Shown here piece by piece: positions 28,380 to 38,086 of a stretch of 59,764 nucleotides of DNA (its first letter is position 1; each line of letters starts with the position of its first letter). The position numbers and the translations under genes were made by a program. Source of the DNA: a virus. Its lineage: Duplodnaviria; Caudoviricetes. Under the pieces are notes generated by a model. That model saw nothing but the letters and a program-made list of their open reading frames with translations, made no database searches and was not told the DNA's origin. The DNA lies in IMG/VR virus record IMGVR_UViG_3300017971_004765, positions 1 through 59,764 of that record; one strand, 5' to 3'.

Positions 28380-29281
28380 TTATCTATAACATCTCTGTTG
28401 TACATCAATAAGAATATGGTGGGCCAAGTTTCACTCTCGCCACCAGTGCGAATAGGAATAGAACCGTCTTCTAGTTGATCTTCGTAAACAGTTTTCATAA
28501 GCAAATCTGCCTCATATTCCATACCTATATTATGCAAGTGGTATGCGCACTGTATATTTGCTCCAGGCATAGACCACGATCTATCAGAGGACCAAGCAGG
28601 AACTCTGCCATCAGGCATCAAATTTTTTGCTGCCCAGGCAGCCCCCTTCTCATATTCTGCTGGGAAATACTTTTCTATTCCATCGAGAGCATATGCATGA
28701 AAGTGGCTGAACACATATCTGGTTTTAGGATGACAATGAAAAGCGCCGTCATCCCTCTGTAAGTGCATAAGTCCGTTGAGATATGAGCGACTCATATCAA
28801 ATCTTTCAAATATGGGCATAAGCTTTATGTAGTGTGCCCCTGGCATAGTGTAATACAAATTCTCATTGTTCCAGCAACTTCCCTTTGAATCAAACATAGC
28901 TGGTAAATGACCTAGTGTATCCAATATAGTTTTTATCCTGTTTACCATCTGATGAGCCGCATTAAAATATTTCTCTTGATAACTATATTCCCACATATCC
29001 AGAAGAGCATCTGCGCAGATCATAGTATCGAAAACATAAGCTATATCTTCATTGCCGTCCCACGACAAGAAACCATTATTGTTTAAGTTAACAATATAGT
29101 TGGCACTACGAGTAGCGTAATCGTCCTCATCATACATAAGGCATACTTTAGTGTAATAGCCCGTTATCTCGGTATATGGATATATCTTATTCTTTTGATT
29201 CGGACTTGCGAGGACGCCCCCGTCCTCTCTTTGGCTTGCTTTGAGCCAATTCAATGCCCTCGACTCTGGACTCGATTTCAC
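28373..29281 (-). CDS. QW-repeat alpha/alpha-barrel protein
   Basis: WLKASQREDGG, LQRDDGAF, DQLEDGS; YTEITGY. Confidence 0.65.
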   Translation of the reverse strand: MKSSPESRALNWLKASQREDGGVLASPNQKNKIYPYTEITGYYTKVCLMYDEDDYATRSANYIVNLNNNGFLSWDGNEDIAYVFDTMICADALLDMWEYSYQEKYFNAAHQMVNRIKTILDTLGHLPAMFDSKGSCWNNENLYYTMPGAHYIKLMPIFERFDMSRSYLNGLMHLQRDDGAFHCHPKTRYVFSHFHAYALDGIEKYFPAEYEKGAAWAAKNLMPDGRVPAWSSDRSWSMPGANIQCAYHLHNIGMEYEADLLMKTVYEDQLEDGSIPIRTGGESETWPTIFLLMYNRDVIDNC

Positions 29282-29357
29282 TTAGCTTCTCCTCCAAGGT
29301 TGCTATATAATCTATCAGCTCGTTCAGTTTTCTCTTGTTCTCGTTTATAGATTCCAT
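29187..29357 (-). CDS. Small coiled-coil protein with AT-hook, overlapping the next gene
   Basis: Hand-translated MESINENKRKLNELIDYIATLEEKLSEIESRVEGIELAQSKPKRGRGRPRKSESKE; may start at ATA 29408 after SD GGAGGTG. Confidence 0.55.
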   Translation of the reverse strand: MESINENKRKLNELIDYIATLEEKLSEIESRVEGIELAQSKPKRGRGRPRKSESKE

Positions 29358-29404
29358 ATGCGCCCCAGGGAAGGGAGCAATAGGTACTACTTCTAACTTA
29401 TTTA

Positions 29405-30427
29405 TTATTCGATCACCTCCTTATACAATTCTATCTCTGAATCTAATACCTTCTTCCTCGAGAAGTTGCGCTGTATGCGTTTCCTCCCTCTTTCTCCTTG
29501 TTTCTTCCATTCTTCCTCATCAACTATCAAGTCGTCTATCCTGGTAGCCATCTCTTCTATGTTTGTGACCCTGTAATACGGATCCATAAAATATGAGACA
29601 TCTTTATCTGGCTCATATTTATCTATAAATTCCTTTGCCCCAGAGCGGCAGAAAACTACTGGGCGCTTGCATGCCTGTGACTCCATAACTGGTATGCCGA
29701 AGCCGGTATATTCTGGTGGGTCGGCAAACAGGGTAACCTTGGATGACGATATCAACGTAGGGATCTCTGAATTAGGTACACCATCAATATGACTAAAACC
29801 ATAGCGCTCAACCTCAGAGAGCATAGGGCCGCGCCCCACGAATAAAACTTCAACATCACTCTGTACCCCAGCTGCAGCAGCGCAGACGGTAGGTATATCT
29901 TTATCACTTGCATCTAGCCTCCCAACGTGTATAATTCTATTTTCTGGCTCGCATTTCTCCTTAAATGTCTTCGTGTCCACATAATTAGGTATAAATTTTG
30001 TCTTGCCTATATGCCCAAAGTCTCTCATATACCTTACGTAGCTCTTCTGGGTAGCTATTATTGCTGAAGCAACATGCAAAGCATATATACGGCAACCAGT
30101 AAAATACTCAGCTTCTTTCTTATCATACTTCCTGGCTATATTGCACTCAACATCTATTCCGTGTAAACTGGGCACGAAAGGAACAGAATATTGCTGGCAG
30201 AAGGAAGCCACTATAGCTGATATTACGAAGCGCCCACCTTCCAGGGTGCGCACCACATCTGGCTCGGTTTGCTTCAAGAAGTCCCCGAATCTTCTAAAAT
30301 CTGTTTCGCCAGTTCTAAATACTACTACATCGTGACCCTTCTCATTATAACCCTTAGGTCGATCCCACCAGCGATCCTCGTCTGAATATGCTGACAATGG
30401 ATCATTAGGGACTATTGCTATTTTCAT
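29405..30427 (-). CDS. GT4 glycosyltransferase
   Basis: IPNYVD...HVGRL...GFGIPVMESQACKRPVV. Confidence 0.88.
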   Translation of the reverse strand: MKIAIVPNDPLSAYSDEDRWWDRPKGYNEKGHDVVVFRTGETDFRRFGDFLKQTEPDVVRTLEGGRFVISAIVASFCQQYSVPFVPSLHGIDVECNIARKYDKKEAEYFTGCRIYALHVASAIIATQKSYVRYMRDFGHIGKTKFIPNYVDTKTFKEKCEPENRIIHVGRLDASDKDIPTVCAAAAGVQSDVEVLFVGRGPMLSEVERYGFSHIDGVPNSEIPTLISSSKVTLFADPPEYTGFGIPVMESQACKRPVVFCRSGAKEFIDKYEPDKDVSYFMDPYYRVTNIEEMATRIDDLIVDEEEWKKQGERGRKRIQRNFSRKKVLDSEIELYKEVIE

Positions 30428-31124
30428 AACACCATCTCCTGTATTCTACCAATTTTCCTCCGAATTGAGACTTGAACTTGTACGCGGCATCTCTTCTGCA
30501 GCCGCCCAGATCAAACCACTCGAATTTATTATCGTGTATAGCTTTATCTATTAAGCAGGACTGGTTGCCACCAGAGCCAAGCCAATAAAACATTTCTGGA
30601 TACATAACAAGGAATACGGCAAAAGATTTTAGTTCGCCGCTCTTATTGAAATAACCATAAAACTTTGCGTGCTTGGCGTCATCCATGAGCGCGAATATGT
30701 GCGACTTATCGTAGCTTTTGACGGGATGGTTATCCCATATCTTAAATATGTACCTAAGCTGAGGATAAGTCAACCTAAATATATATCCATTCTCTAGTTC
30801 CTTGCGTATATCGTAGCGGCGATCCTTTGATGGCGCATATGTATCTGGGGTAATTATATATGTCCTATCCTGTATTGGCACCCAATCCATCATCATAAAG
30901 TAAGTGTATCTAAGTTCACATTTATTTGAACCAGCAGCTATATTTTTTACTGCTTTCCAATAATCGTCGCTCGAGAACTTCGGTATAGCCTGCGAAATAA
31001 TAGTTGTATCAATATCATCTATATTAAATGCATATATAGTTTCGGCGCCTACCGTCTCCTTTATGGGAGTTATGTTTTTAGTGGCGCCCCATATGTTGTG
31101 CATCCATTCTGTTTGAAATATCAA
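30405..31124 (-). CDS. FemAB-like/GNAT acyltransferase
   Basis: RRYDIRK...WFDLGG...YKFKSQFGG. Confidence 0.65.
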   Translation of the reverse strand: MIFQTEWMHNIWGATKNITPIKETVGAETIYAFNIDDIDTTIISQAIPKFSSDDYWKAVKNIAAGSNKCELRYTYFMMMDWVPIQDRTYIITPDTYAPSKDRRYDIRKELENGYIFRLTYPQLRYIFKIWDNHPVKSYDKSHIFALMDDAKHAKFYGYFNKSGELKSFAVFLVMYPEMFYWLGSGGNQSCLIDKAIHDNKFEWFDLGGCRRDAAYKFKSQFGGKLVEYRRWCYENSNSP

Positions 31125-31384
31125 TCTGATAACCTCGCTAAGAATTCGTCGCCAGCTGCGGCACTCTCATAATAATGCGTATATATAAGTTGATCAGCGA
31201 ACCCGCAGGAACTACATCGAATTGCGCCTAATCCATGAAGCCATCCGTGCCAGTTACCACGTTCGTCGCATCCCTGCTCCATGAAGCAGGTCTTGCTCCC
31301 GCATTTAGGGCAGATAGTAGGAAGGATCTTGCTGTTCTTTTCATTTTCTGTTAATTTGCTATAAGTAAAAACTACCATATGCAT
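31121..31384 (-). CDS. Zn-ribbon protein
   Basis: CPKCG...CSSCG. Confidence 0.55.
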   Translation of the reverse strand: MHMVVFTYSKLTENEKNSKILPTICPKCGSKTCFMEQGCDERGNWHGWLHGLGAIRCSSCGFADQLIYTHYYESAAAGDEFLARLSD

Positions 31385-31641
31385 TATATCGCCTTCTTCG
31401 CGGAAAGCACATCTTCTGAGGAAACCTTAATTGGGAGGTGCTCAGACATAGTTCTGTAATAGTGCATCTCTATATACAGGTCGCCCTCCCTGGCGTAGCG
31501 ATGAAACTTCCTGAATCCTAGTTTACCTTCTATAAGCTTCCATCCCTGATTTACCAAAAGCTCATCTATAGTGTTCATAGGGCCGTGGCTCATAGGAGTC
31601 CTATCACTTGGATACTCGGTTATTTCCATTATCGTGATCAC
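31384..31641 (-). CDS. Hypothetical protein
   Basis: Coupled ORF. Confidence 0.45.
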   Translation of the reverse strand: MITIMEITEYPSDRTPMSHGPMNTIDELLVNQGWKLIEGKLGFRKFHRYAREGDLYIEMHYYRTMSEHLPIKVSSEDVLSAKKAI

Positions 31642-32510
31642 CTATATTCAAGATACTCTATGGATTTTATAGCCGCATCTCCATTACCAAAATCTTCCTT
31701 TGTTACTCCATCAAATTCGTGGAACGGGCGCAGCGAAGTCACGGGGGTATCTAGCCATATAGACTCTCTGTATACTCCGCCAGAATCCGTATAAACGTGG
31801 TTAGCGTCACATATAAGTTTCAACATTTCTGAATGCTGTACTGGATCATTGACAATGAAATCCTTGGGTATCAGAGATGAATCAAAGTTATCTCTAACCC
31901 TTGGGTGCATTATCCACAATACGGGCAGATCCCTGGGGATCGTTTCTAGCATCTCTGAGAGCACTGGCATAGAATCTTGCCTGTGGACAGTCAGCAAATT
32001 GTATGCCTGATATAGTCTGTCCCCCTCTGTCAATGGCGGAATCTCCAGCAAGTCTAGCAGCACATCTCCCACAAAAACAGCATCCCCAAGACATCTTTCG
32101 TCTAGTAAGTTGTAATAAGACTGTTTCGTTGGACATAAATTCACATCTGACATATGGTCTACCCCCCTCCTGATAAATTCTTCTGGTATTGGGTCGGAAC
32201 ATCTCAAGCCCGCCTCTACGTGAACCAGGGGATAGTTGTATTTTTTTGCAATACCAGAAGCCTCAACCGTGCAGTTGCAGTCGCCATAAACCAAGATATA
32301 ATCAGGGTTATACTTAGCCAGCGGGTATGGGTCAAAGCCCCGTATCTGGGTGTCGTACTCCTCTGAGAACATCTTGCTCATCTCGAAGTCCCAGTGCTGA
32401 TCTAGCGACATAATCATATGTTCGCAATGATCCTTAGCCGCTCTTTCAATGGCGGCAACCTTTATAAATTGTGGGCGCGTGCCCACCAGCGATAGTAGCT
32501 TCATAACCAC
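31638..32510 (-). CDS. wecB: UDP-GlcNAc 2-epimerase, non-hydrolysing (WecB/WbpI family)
   Basis: VGTRPQFIK, VYGD, HVEAGLR, TDSGG. Confidence 0.9.
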   Translation of the reverse strand: MVMKLLSLVGTRPQFIKVAAIERAAKDHCEHMIMSLDQHWDFEMSKMFSEEYDTQIRGFDPYPLAKYNPDYILVYGDCNCTVEASGIAKKYNYPLVHVEAGLRCSDPIPEEFIRRGVDHMSDVNLCPTKQSYYNLLDERCLGDAVFVGDVLLDLLEIPPLTEGDRLYQAYNLLTVHRQDSMPVLSEMLETIPRDLPVLWIMHPRVRDNFDSSLIPKDFIVNDPVQHSEMLKLICDANHVYTDSGGVYRESIWLDTPVTSLRPFHEFDGVTKEDFGNGDAAIKSIEYLEYR

Positions 32511-33346
32511 AACACGTACCTTTTATATTGCTTATATATACCGTTATACTTACTCTTAGAGCGCTTAATACCCTCGTCCTTGCTATTAGGTTCAGGCGAT
32601 GGGGTGACCCCGCCAAGATCATAATAACTGATTCTGCGCTCCCTGGCAATATCCAAGGCCCCCATACGAATAGGTTCTATTGGATACACCTTGCTTGGTA
32701 ACTCAGTTACCCTGGCTACGTGAACCTCTTCTATCCAATCCTTCCCGCATAAGAAAGACATAGCTGATATTAGTTCATTATCAGAGTTATAGGCGCCAAG
32801 CGTAAATGTTGACTCATTTCTCCAAGCCCATATCGCATCAAAGCATCCTCGAGGCCAGGGCGCCAAGCAGAGATCCTGTCTATGCATAAGGTATAATTTG
32901 TGGTACTTTTCAAAGTCATCTTTATCTGATATGAGTTGTATATAGCACCCAGCTTTATCAAAGTTTCTGCAGTTCTGGCGCACCTTCTTTCCTGGGCGCC
33001 AATCCTCGTCTTTAAGATCTATTAGGAATGTTGCCATATCTGTATATCTAAGATTGTTGCCCTGCTCGTATATGTCGTGTATTTCTTCACCGTCACAAGT
33101 ATTAAATGGGTGCTCAACGAAATCAAATATGCTAACGCCATTATTTCTGCATATGTTTATAGCTTCCTTGAATTCTAGGGAACGATCCTCTACTATAGGA
33201 AAATACATAGTCTTTACCCATTTCTTTCCATAAGAATCCAGGGTGACTCGCAGATTTGCACCGCTTCCAAGGGTTAAGCATTGCTCACCCATCATCTTTA
33301 CGTACTCTGGGTAAAATGGAGTATGATCGAATGGCACAGGGATCAT
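32501..33346 (-). CDS. FemAB-like/GNAT acyltransferase
   Basis: TFLIDL...KKVRQNCR...YYDLGG...GIKRSKSKY; ATG at 33346 is coupled to the upstream stop. Confidence 0.7.
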   Translation of the reverse strand: MIPVPFDHTPFYPEYVKMMGEQCLTLGSGANLRVTLDSYGKKWVKTMYFPIVEDRSLEFKEAINICRNNGVSIFDFVEHPFNTCDGEEIHDIYEQGNNLRYTDMATFLIDLKDEDWRPGKKVRQNCRNFDKAGCYIQLISDKDDFEKYHKLYLMHRQDLCLAPWPRGCFDAIWAWRNESTFTLGAYNSDNELISAMSFLCGKDWIEEVHVARVTELPSKVYPIEPIRMGALDIARERRISYYDLGGVTPSPEPNSKDEGIKRSKSKYNGIYKQYKRYVLWL

Positions 33347-34347
33347 TTTGGTTTGCTCCTGGCTACACTCTCTTCTATTACGTCTACCAATAGGCGCGCT
33401 TGTGTCTCGTAGTCGTATCTCTTTTCTACCCATTCGCGCATATGCGCCGACGCCTTGGTTTTGTCGCGCTCACTTAGATTGCTCCACCAGCTTAACATTG
33501 TTTTTAATTCATCAAAGTTATCCCACACGCATTCAGGTGGATACATCTCATTTGCCCCATCCCAATGGCGCACCATAGGATACAAACCTGAAAGCATACC
33601 TTCAGCTATGACACAATGTGTTCCTTCCTCTAGGGAGGCGGACAATATTATACTGTTGTCTCTAAACATACTTGATAATTCTTCTTGTGGTACTTTAGGA
33701 GAATACGTAACATTTTTTATCTTTCTAGTCTTTATTACGTCCTGGCAATTAATCCAATATTCTTTGCCATCCTGCTTACCAGGGTCGCCAACTATATTCA
33801 AATTCCAATCTGGCATAGTGCTCATAAATTCTATCATTTCGTAGTGACCCTTCTTCCAGTATATGTTTCCAGCCATCATTATTTCGTTACCGTAAGTTTT
33901 ATCTATTGGTATATCAAATAACTCTGCATTGTAACCGTTATTTATTAGGTGCTGCCTAGATGGTTTCCTCTCTATCCACTGGTTGAATTTTCTCTGGCAC
34001 TGCGGGGCAACAAAGATTAGATCATTAATTACTTCCCAGGGTAGCGTATGAGCAAACTGTTCGTATAGCTCTATTCTATGCAGGCGCACAACAACAGGAA
34101 TTTCTAGCTTGTTTATAGCCTTCCATATTGCCACATCCATAGCCAAATTTTCTGCAAATTCCACATACGCCACATCTATATCGTCGAACATACGGAAGAA
34201 GCGAGCCCTATCAATGAAGTTGTCCCTAGTGAGCAGCATCTCATTCTTTCCTAACGCAAAGAACTTTAGATTCCACTTGCGGCGCTCCATCTCGCTAAAA
34301 ATATTACCCATAAAATTGTTATTCATACTAAATATACCAATATTCAT
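33343..34347 (-). CDS. GT4 glycosyltransferase
   Basis: GNIYWKKG...SLEEGTHCVIAEGMLSG. Confidence 0.85.
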   Translation of the reverse strand: MNIGIFSMNNNFMGNIFSEMERRKWNLKFFALGKNEMLLTRDNFIDRARFFRMFDDIDVAYVEFAENLAMDVAIWKAINKLEIPVVVRLHRIELYEQFAHTLPWEVINDLIFVAPQCQRKFNQWIERKPSRQHLINNGYNAELFDIPIDKTYGNEIMMAGNIYWKKGHYEMIEFMSTMPDWNLNIVGDPGKQDGKEYWINCQDVIKTRKIKNVTYSPKVPQEELSSMFRDNSIILSASLEEGTHCVIAEGMLSGLYPMVRHWDGANEMYPPECVWDNFDELKTMLSWWSNLSERDKTKASAHMREWVEKRYDYETQARLLVDVIEESVARSKPK

Positions 34348-34364
34348 TTTTTACACCATTTATT

Positions 34365-34679
34365 CTATTTGTCTTCTATATGGTTTATTCTGATTTTGTT
34401 GGCAATGTACTCGAAGTAATCTGCTACGCTTTTCCAGTCATAGTATGGATTGTTATATTGTTTGCAACAGCTTCCTTTTTTATCTCTGGCTCCGTATCCG
34501 CATACTACGGTCGAGAAGTCCCCATCGCAGTTGCCACACATTGGGCGAGCGGTTAGGAATCCGCAGTATGGACACTTGAGTATTCTTGGGTTATAGGTTT
34601 TAATTCCGTCTAGATGTTTATAACTATTGTGTGGAGGTTCAGGTGTATCCCATCCATCGTATGGTCCTTTTCCTGTCAT
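34365..34679 (-). CDS. Cys-rich hypothetical protein
   Basis: CPYCG, CGNC, CC. Confidence 0.5.
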   Translation of the reverse strand: MTGKGPYDGWDTPEPPHNSYKHLDGIKTYNPRILKCPYCGFLTARPMCGNCDGDFSTVVCGYGARDKKGSCCKQYNNPYYDWKSVADYFEYIANKIRINHIEDK

Positions 34680-34680
34680 T

Positions 34681-35697
34681 TTACCATCTCAACTTAGACA
34701 CATCTATAAATTCATATATATTTTGTTCCTCAATAGCAGCTTTCTTCCATATGTCACTGAACTTTTTGTGCCAATATGGATCATCGCCGTTAACCAAATG
34801 ATTGTATAAGTGTATTTGACGAGGGGCAACTGACTCATAAGATATGAACCATTCAGCCCACTCTCTAGATTTCTTTTTTATATCAATTAGATCTTTCGGG
34901 TTATCCAACAAGAACTTTATTGTGGCTTTTAATTCTTCCTCAGAATTGGGTGAGAGAACAGGACACTTTGGACGATTAACGCGTGATATAGGTTGCATAC
35001 GAGAAATGGTGGCTAGCCCAAAACAAAGCGCTTCATTTTCAGAAGCGCCAATGTCCCCAGGTCTCATCTGACCATAGAGAATATCAGAATGACGCTTAGC
35101 ATCTAGCGAAGCTTCGTAACTTTCACCCTCTAACATTATAACTTCAACATCTAAATCAGATACTGATTCTATAAACATATCTGTGTCTTTATAATCCCTT
35201 CTGCTAGGTGTGTGCACTAATCTTATAGGATTACTCAACTCGGGCCAACTATCACAAGTTTTCCATAGATGCGTAGGATAAGCCATAGGAATAAAATAAT
35301 ATCTCGGTGCAAAGCGACCCAATTCATCTGTAGTTAGTATACATAATGGGAACTTCCGTGTTCCCTTAATGAAACTTGATAACGTGTCAAGCTGAGCATT
35401 AAAAATGAATCTACCAGCCATCCTTAAAAACCCGCCTCTAAACTCCCAAACTATAGGTTTTTCTTCTTCGTCTACCCCCATACTAATTAAGCTGGTATCA
35501 GATATATGAATTATATCTGCCCACTTCAATAAGTCTTTGTCAGGCTCTTCTATATTCCATTCTAAATCTCTTTTGCTTTTCTCGTTAACCGAAGCCAGTA
35601 TCACACTATGCTCATCTCCATAGATATGCCTAATTGCTTCAGCTCTATGCCAATTACCATCACCCATATCTGTCCAAGAAAGATAAAGAATATTCAT
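34681..35697 (-). CDS. GT-B-fold glycosyltransferase-like protein (paralog of 39369-40364)
   Basis: HTPSRRDYKDT...GASENEALCFG. Confidence 0.7.
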   Translation of the reverse strand: MNILYLSWTDMGDGNWHRAEAIRHIYGDEHSVILASVNEKSKRDLEWNIEEPDKDLLKWADIIHISDTSLISMGVDEEEKPIVWEFRGGFLRMAGRFIFNAQLDTLSSFIKGTRKFPLCILTTDELGRFAPRYYFIPMAYPTHLWKTCDSWPELSNPIRLVHTPSRRDYKDTDMFIESVSDLDVEVIMLEGESYEASLDAKRHSDILYGQMRPGDIGASENEALCFGLATISRMQPISRVNRPKCPVLSPNSEEELKATIKFLLDNPKDLIDIKKKSREWAEWFISYESVAPRQIHLYNHLVNGDDPYWHKKFSDIWKKAAIEEQNIYEFIDVSKLRW

Positions 35698-36986
35698 TCT
35701 TGCTTGCCCCCCCTATAAGTATCATAAGCATATCGCTGAAGCTCCAGAAGGCGCTCCTTGGAAAGATTATGCTCTATCGTAGGAGAATAATAAAAGCAGT
35801 AGTCATCGAAATTGCTGCTCTTTATGGCTCCGAGATCCCGAGCCGTTTTTTCCATTTCTGTTCCAGGTAGAGGAATCGCTATAGTGAACTGGGCATTTTC
35901 TGTGTCCAACTCCTTAGCAAAATCAATTGTCTGCATTATAGTTTCTTCTGTATCGTAAGGAACACCTATCATATAGTTGCCCAGAATCTTAATTCCAGCT
36001 TCTTTAGTCATCCTTACAGCTTCCCTGGATTGTTCTATAGTTATTCCTTTTCTCAGGGACTTTAGTATATCGTTGTTACCAGACTCAAATCCGTATGTTA
36101 TTCTGTCACAGCCAGCTTCTTTGGCTAGCCCTAGTAATTCGGGGTCAACCCTATCAACGCGCGTACTGAACCTAAAAGATATATCCAGGGTGTTCTCTAT
36201 CATACCATTAAATATATCTATGGCGCGCTGCCTATGCATTGTGAATGTGTCATCCGAAATTATAACATTGTGTATCTTATATACATCAACTATTTCTTTC
36301 ATTTCTGCTATAACATTTGCTGGGCTCCTATAACGAATCTTCTTGCCAAATATTGCGCCAGAGCCGCAGAAAGTGCAGTGGTACGGGCAGCCCCTGGAAG
36401 TAACAACTAGCGTCGTGGGCTTACCAGTATATACGTTTGTATAAAGAGAGTTATCAACCAAGTCGCGCGCAGGGAAAGGCAAAGCATCCAAATTATCTAC
36501 AATTGGGGTCTTGTATATTCCGTGCATTTTTGCTTTCTTGTTCCTGCCAGCTTCAAACATAAGCGGCGCCGCTGGTTCCCCCTCGCCCTGCACAATGAAA
36601 TCAAAGTTCTTATCCAGTAGGGTTTCCGGGGCGGCTGAGGCATGCGGGCCACCAATAACTTGGACCACATCATCAAGTTCGTAACTTATCATGCCAGCTA
36701 TATTATTACAGGTATTTACTAGCGGAGTAGTTGCAGTATAACCAACAACATCAGGATAATTATCAATGATATATTTTTCCTCATCCATAATATTCCTTGC
36801 TTCGGCGTCAAGGATACTTACTCCCACGCCAGCATCCTGCAAAACTGCAGCGATATACATAAGCCCGATAGGATTGGACTTGCCGTGTTCCTTGTCGTTG
36901 GGGAGCACGCTACGCCTCATATTTCGGTACACTACGCTATTGTTTGGGTGCACCAGCATTATTTCTACATCTTCAAGGCTTTTCAT
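35694..36986 (-). CDS. B12-binding radical SAM protein (class B methylase-like)
   Basis: PIGLMYIAA, GGPHAS, GEGE, SRGCPYHCTFC. Confidence 0.92.
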   Translation of the reverse strand: MKSLEDVEIMLVHPNNSVVYRNMRRSVLPNDKEHGKSNPIGLMYIAAVLQDAGVGVSILDAEARNIMDEEKYIIDNYPDVVGYTATTPLVNTCNNIAGMISYELDDVVQVIGGPHASAAPETLLDKNFDFIVQGEGEPAAPLMFEAGRNKKAKMHGIYKTPIVDNLDALPFPARDLVDNSLYTNVYTGKPTTLVVTSRGCPYHCTFCGSGAIFGKKIRYRSPANVIAEMKEIVDVYKIHNVIISDDTFTMHRQRAIDIFNGMIENTLDISFRFSTRVDRVDPELLGLAKEAGCDRITYGFESGNNDILKSLRKGITIEQSREAVRMTKEAGIKILGNYMIGVPYDTEETIMQTIDFAKELDTENAQFTIAIPLPGTEMEKTARDLGAIKSSNFDDYCFYYSPTIEHNLSKERLLELQRYAYDTYRGGKQE

Positions 36987-37383
36987 AACCCTTCCATACC
37001 CCCTTGTTTACAGCTGGCGCGCCTGCCCAGAGTTCCCCGTCCAGCACCATAGTCCCCCTCTTGACAAAACTATTCGCGCCAATAATTCCGCCCCTCCCTA
37101 TAAAAACATTTGGTTCTATTACGGCATTGCTGCCAATGAATACATCGTTATCAATAGTTACGCTAGCCTTGTATGATTTGCCGCCCTCGTTTGTGTGCGT
37201 GTATATCTTTACCCCTGCGCATATAGTAACGTTGTCGCCAATAACAATGTCCTTATGGTAACCGTCCAGAATAACCCAGGGGCCAATCCAGCAACACTTG
37301 CCCATCTTTACGTTGCCGCTAATCAGCCGCTCGCACTCGCCAGCGAACTCGAGCGTCCTGACAGAATTACTATACTCGCTCAA
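36973..37383 (-). CDS. Hexapeptide-repeat acyltransferase
   Basis: VIGDNVTI...IDNDVFIGSNAVI...IGANSFV...WAGAPA. Confidence 0.85.
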   Translation of the reverse strand: MSEYSNSVRTLEFAGECERLISGNVKMGKCCWIGPWVILDGYHKDIVIGDNVTICAGVKIYTHTNEGGKSYKASVTIDNDVFIGSNAVIEPNVFIGRGGIIGANSFVKRGTMVLDGELWAGAPAVNKGVWKGYEKP

Positions 37384-38086
37384 ACAACATCACTATACCA
37401 TTATATACATCTTTACCCTTTTCCTGGTAAGTAATAACTTCCCTGCACTCGAAACCATTCTCCTTAAGAATCCTTGATGACTCAAGCGCGGGATCCGGGT
37501 AAGTCTGTATCAAAACGTAATGCACATTCGGGAGGGTCTTCAATGCGCCAGCCAAAACCTTAGGATCATATCCATTTACAGTTATCTTCAATACATCTAT
37601 ATTATTGATATTATGGTTATGGCAAAAATTATCCAAAGTTTCGGTAGTAACATTGATAGGAATCTTCTTCCCAGGTCTATATTTCTTTATCATAGATTCT
37701 CCAGAAACACCATCAGACTCAGTGTAGAGCTTAGTTTTCTTGCCGCCAACATCGGAAAGCGCCAGCATAAAGCCGCTAACCCTGACCCCATAGAGAGAGG
37801 CATTCGCTTTCATACAATAGAACGTAATGGGATTGGGTTCAAAAGCATATATCTTGCCTTTCTTACCAGCTGCCAGCGCCGCTGGGATAGTGTACTCGCC
37901 AGTGGTGGCGCCCACATCGAATATAACGTCGCCAGGAGAAATAATATCTATGTATCTCTTGTGTTTATCCACAAATGAAAGCGCCCAAAAAATTATAGAA
38001 GAATCTATAAATGGGGAACACCATTTTCTACCGTCTTTTAGATGGGCAGTATAAACCTTGTAATCCTTGTCTGGCACTAAAACCAC
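37370..38086 (-). CDS. FkbM-family methyltransferase
   Basis: FDVGATTGEY...YAFEPNP...TLD...IDVLKI. Confidence 0.85.
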   Translation of the reverse strand: MVLVPDKDYKVYTAHLKDGRKWCSPFIDSSIIFWALSFVDKHKRYIDIISPGDVIFDVGATTGEYTIPAALAAGKKGKIYAFEPNPITFYCMKANASLYGVRVSGFMLALSDVGGKKTKLYTESDGVSGESMIKKYRPGKKIPINVTTETLDNFCHNHNINNIDVLKITVNGYDPKVLAGALKTLPNVHYVLIQTYPDPALESSRILKENGFECREVITYQEKGKDVYNGIVMLFERV

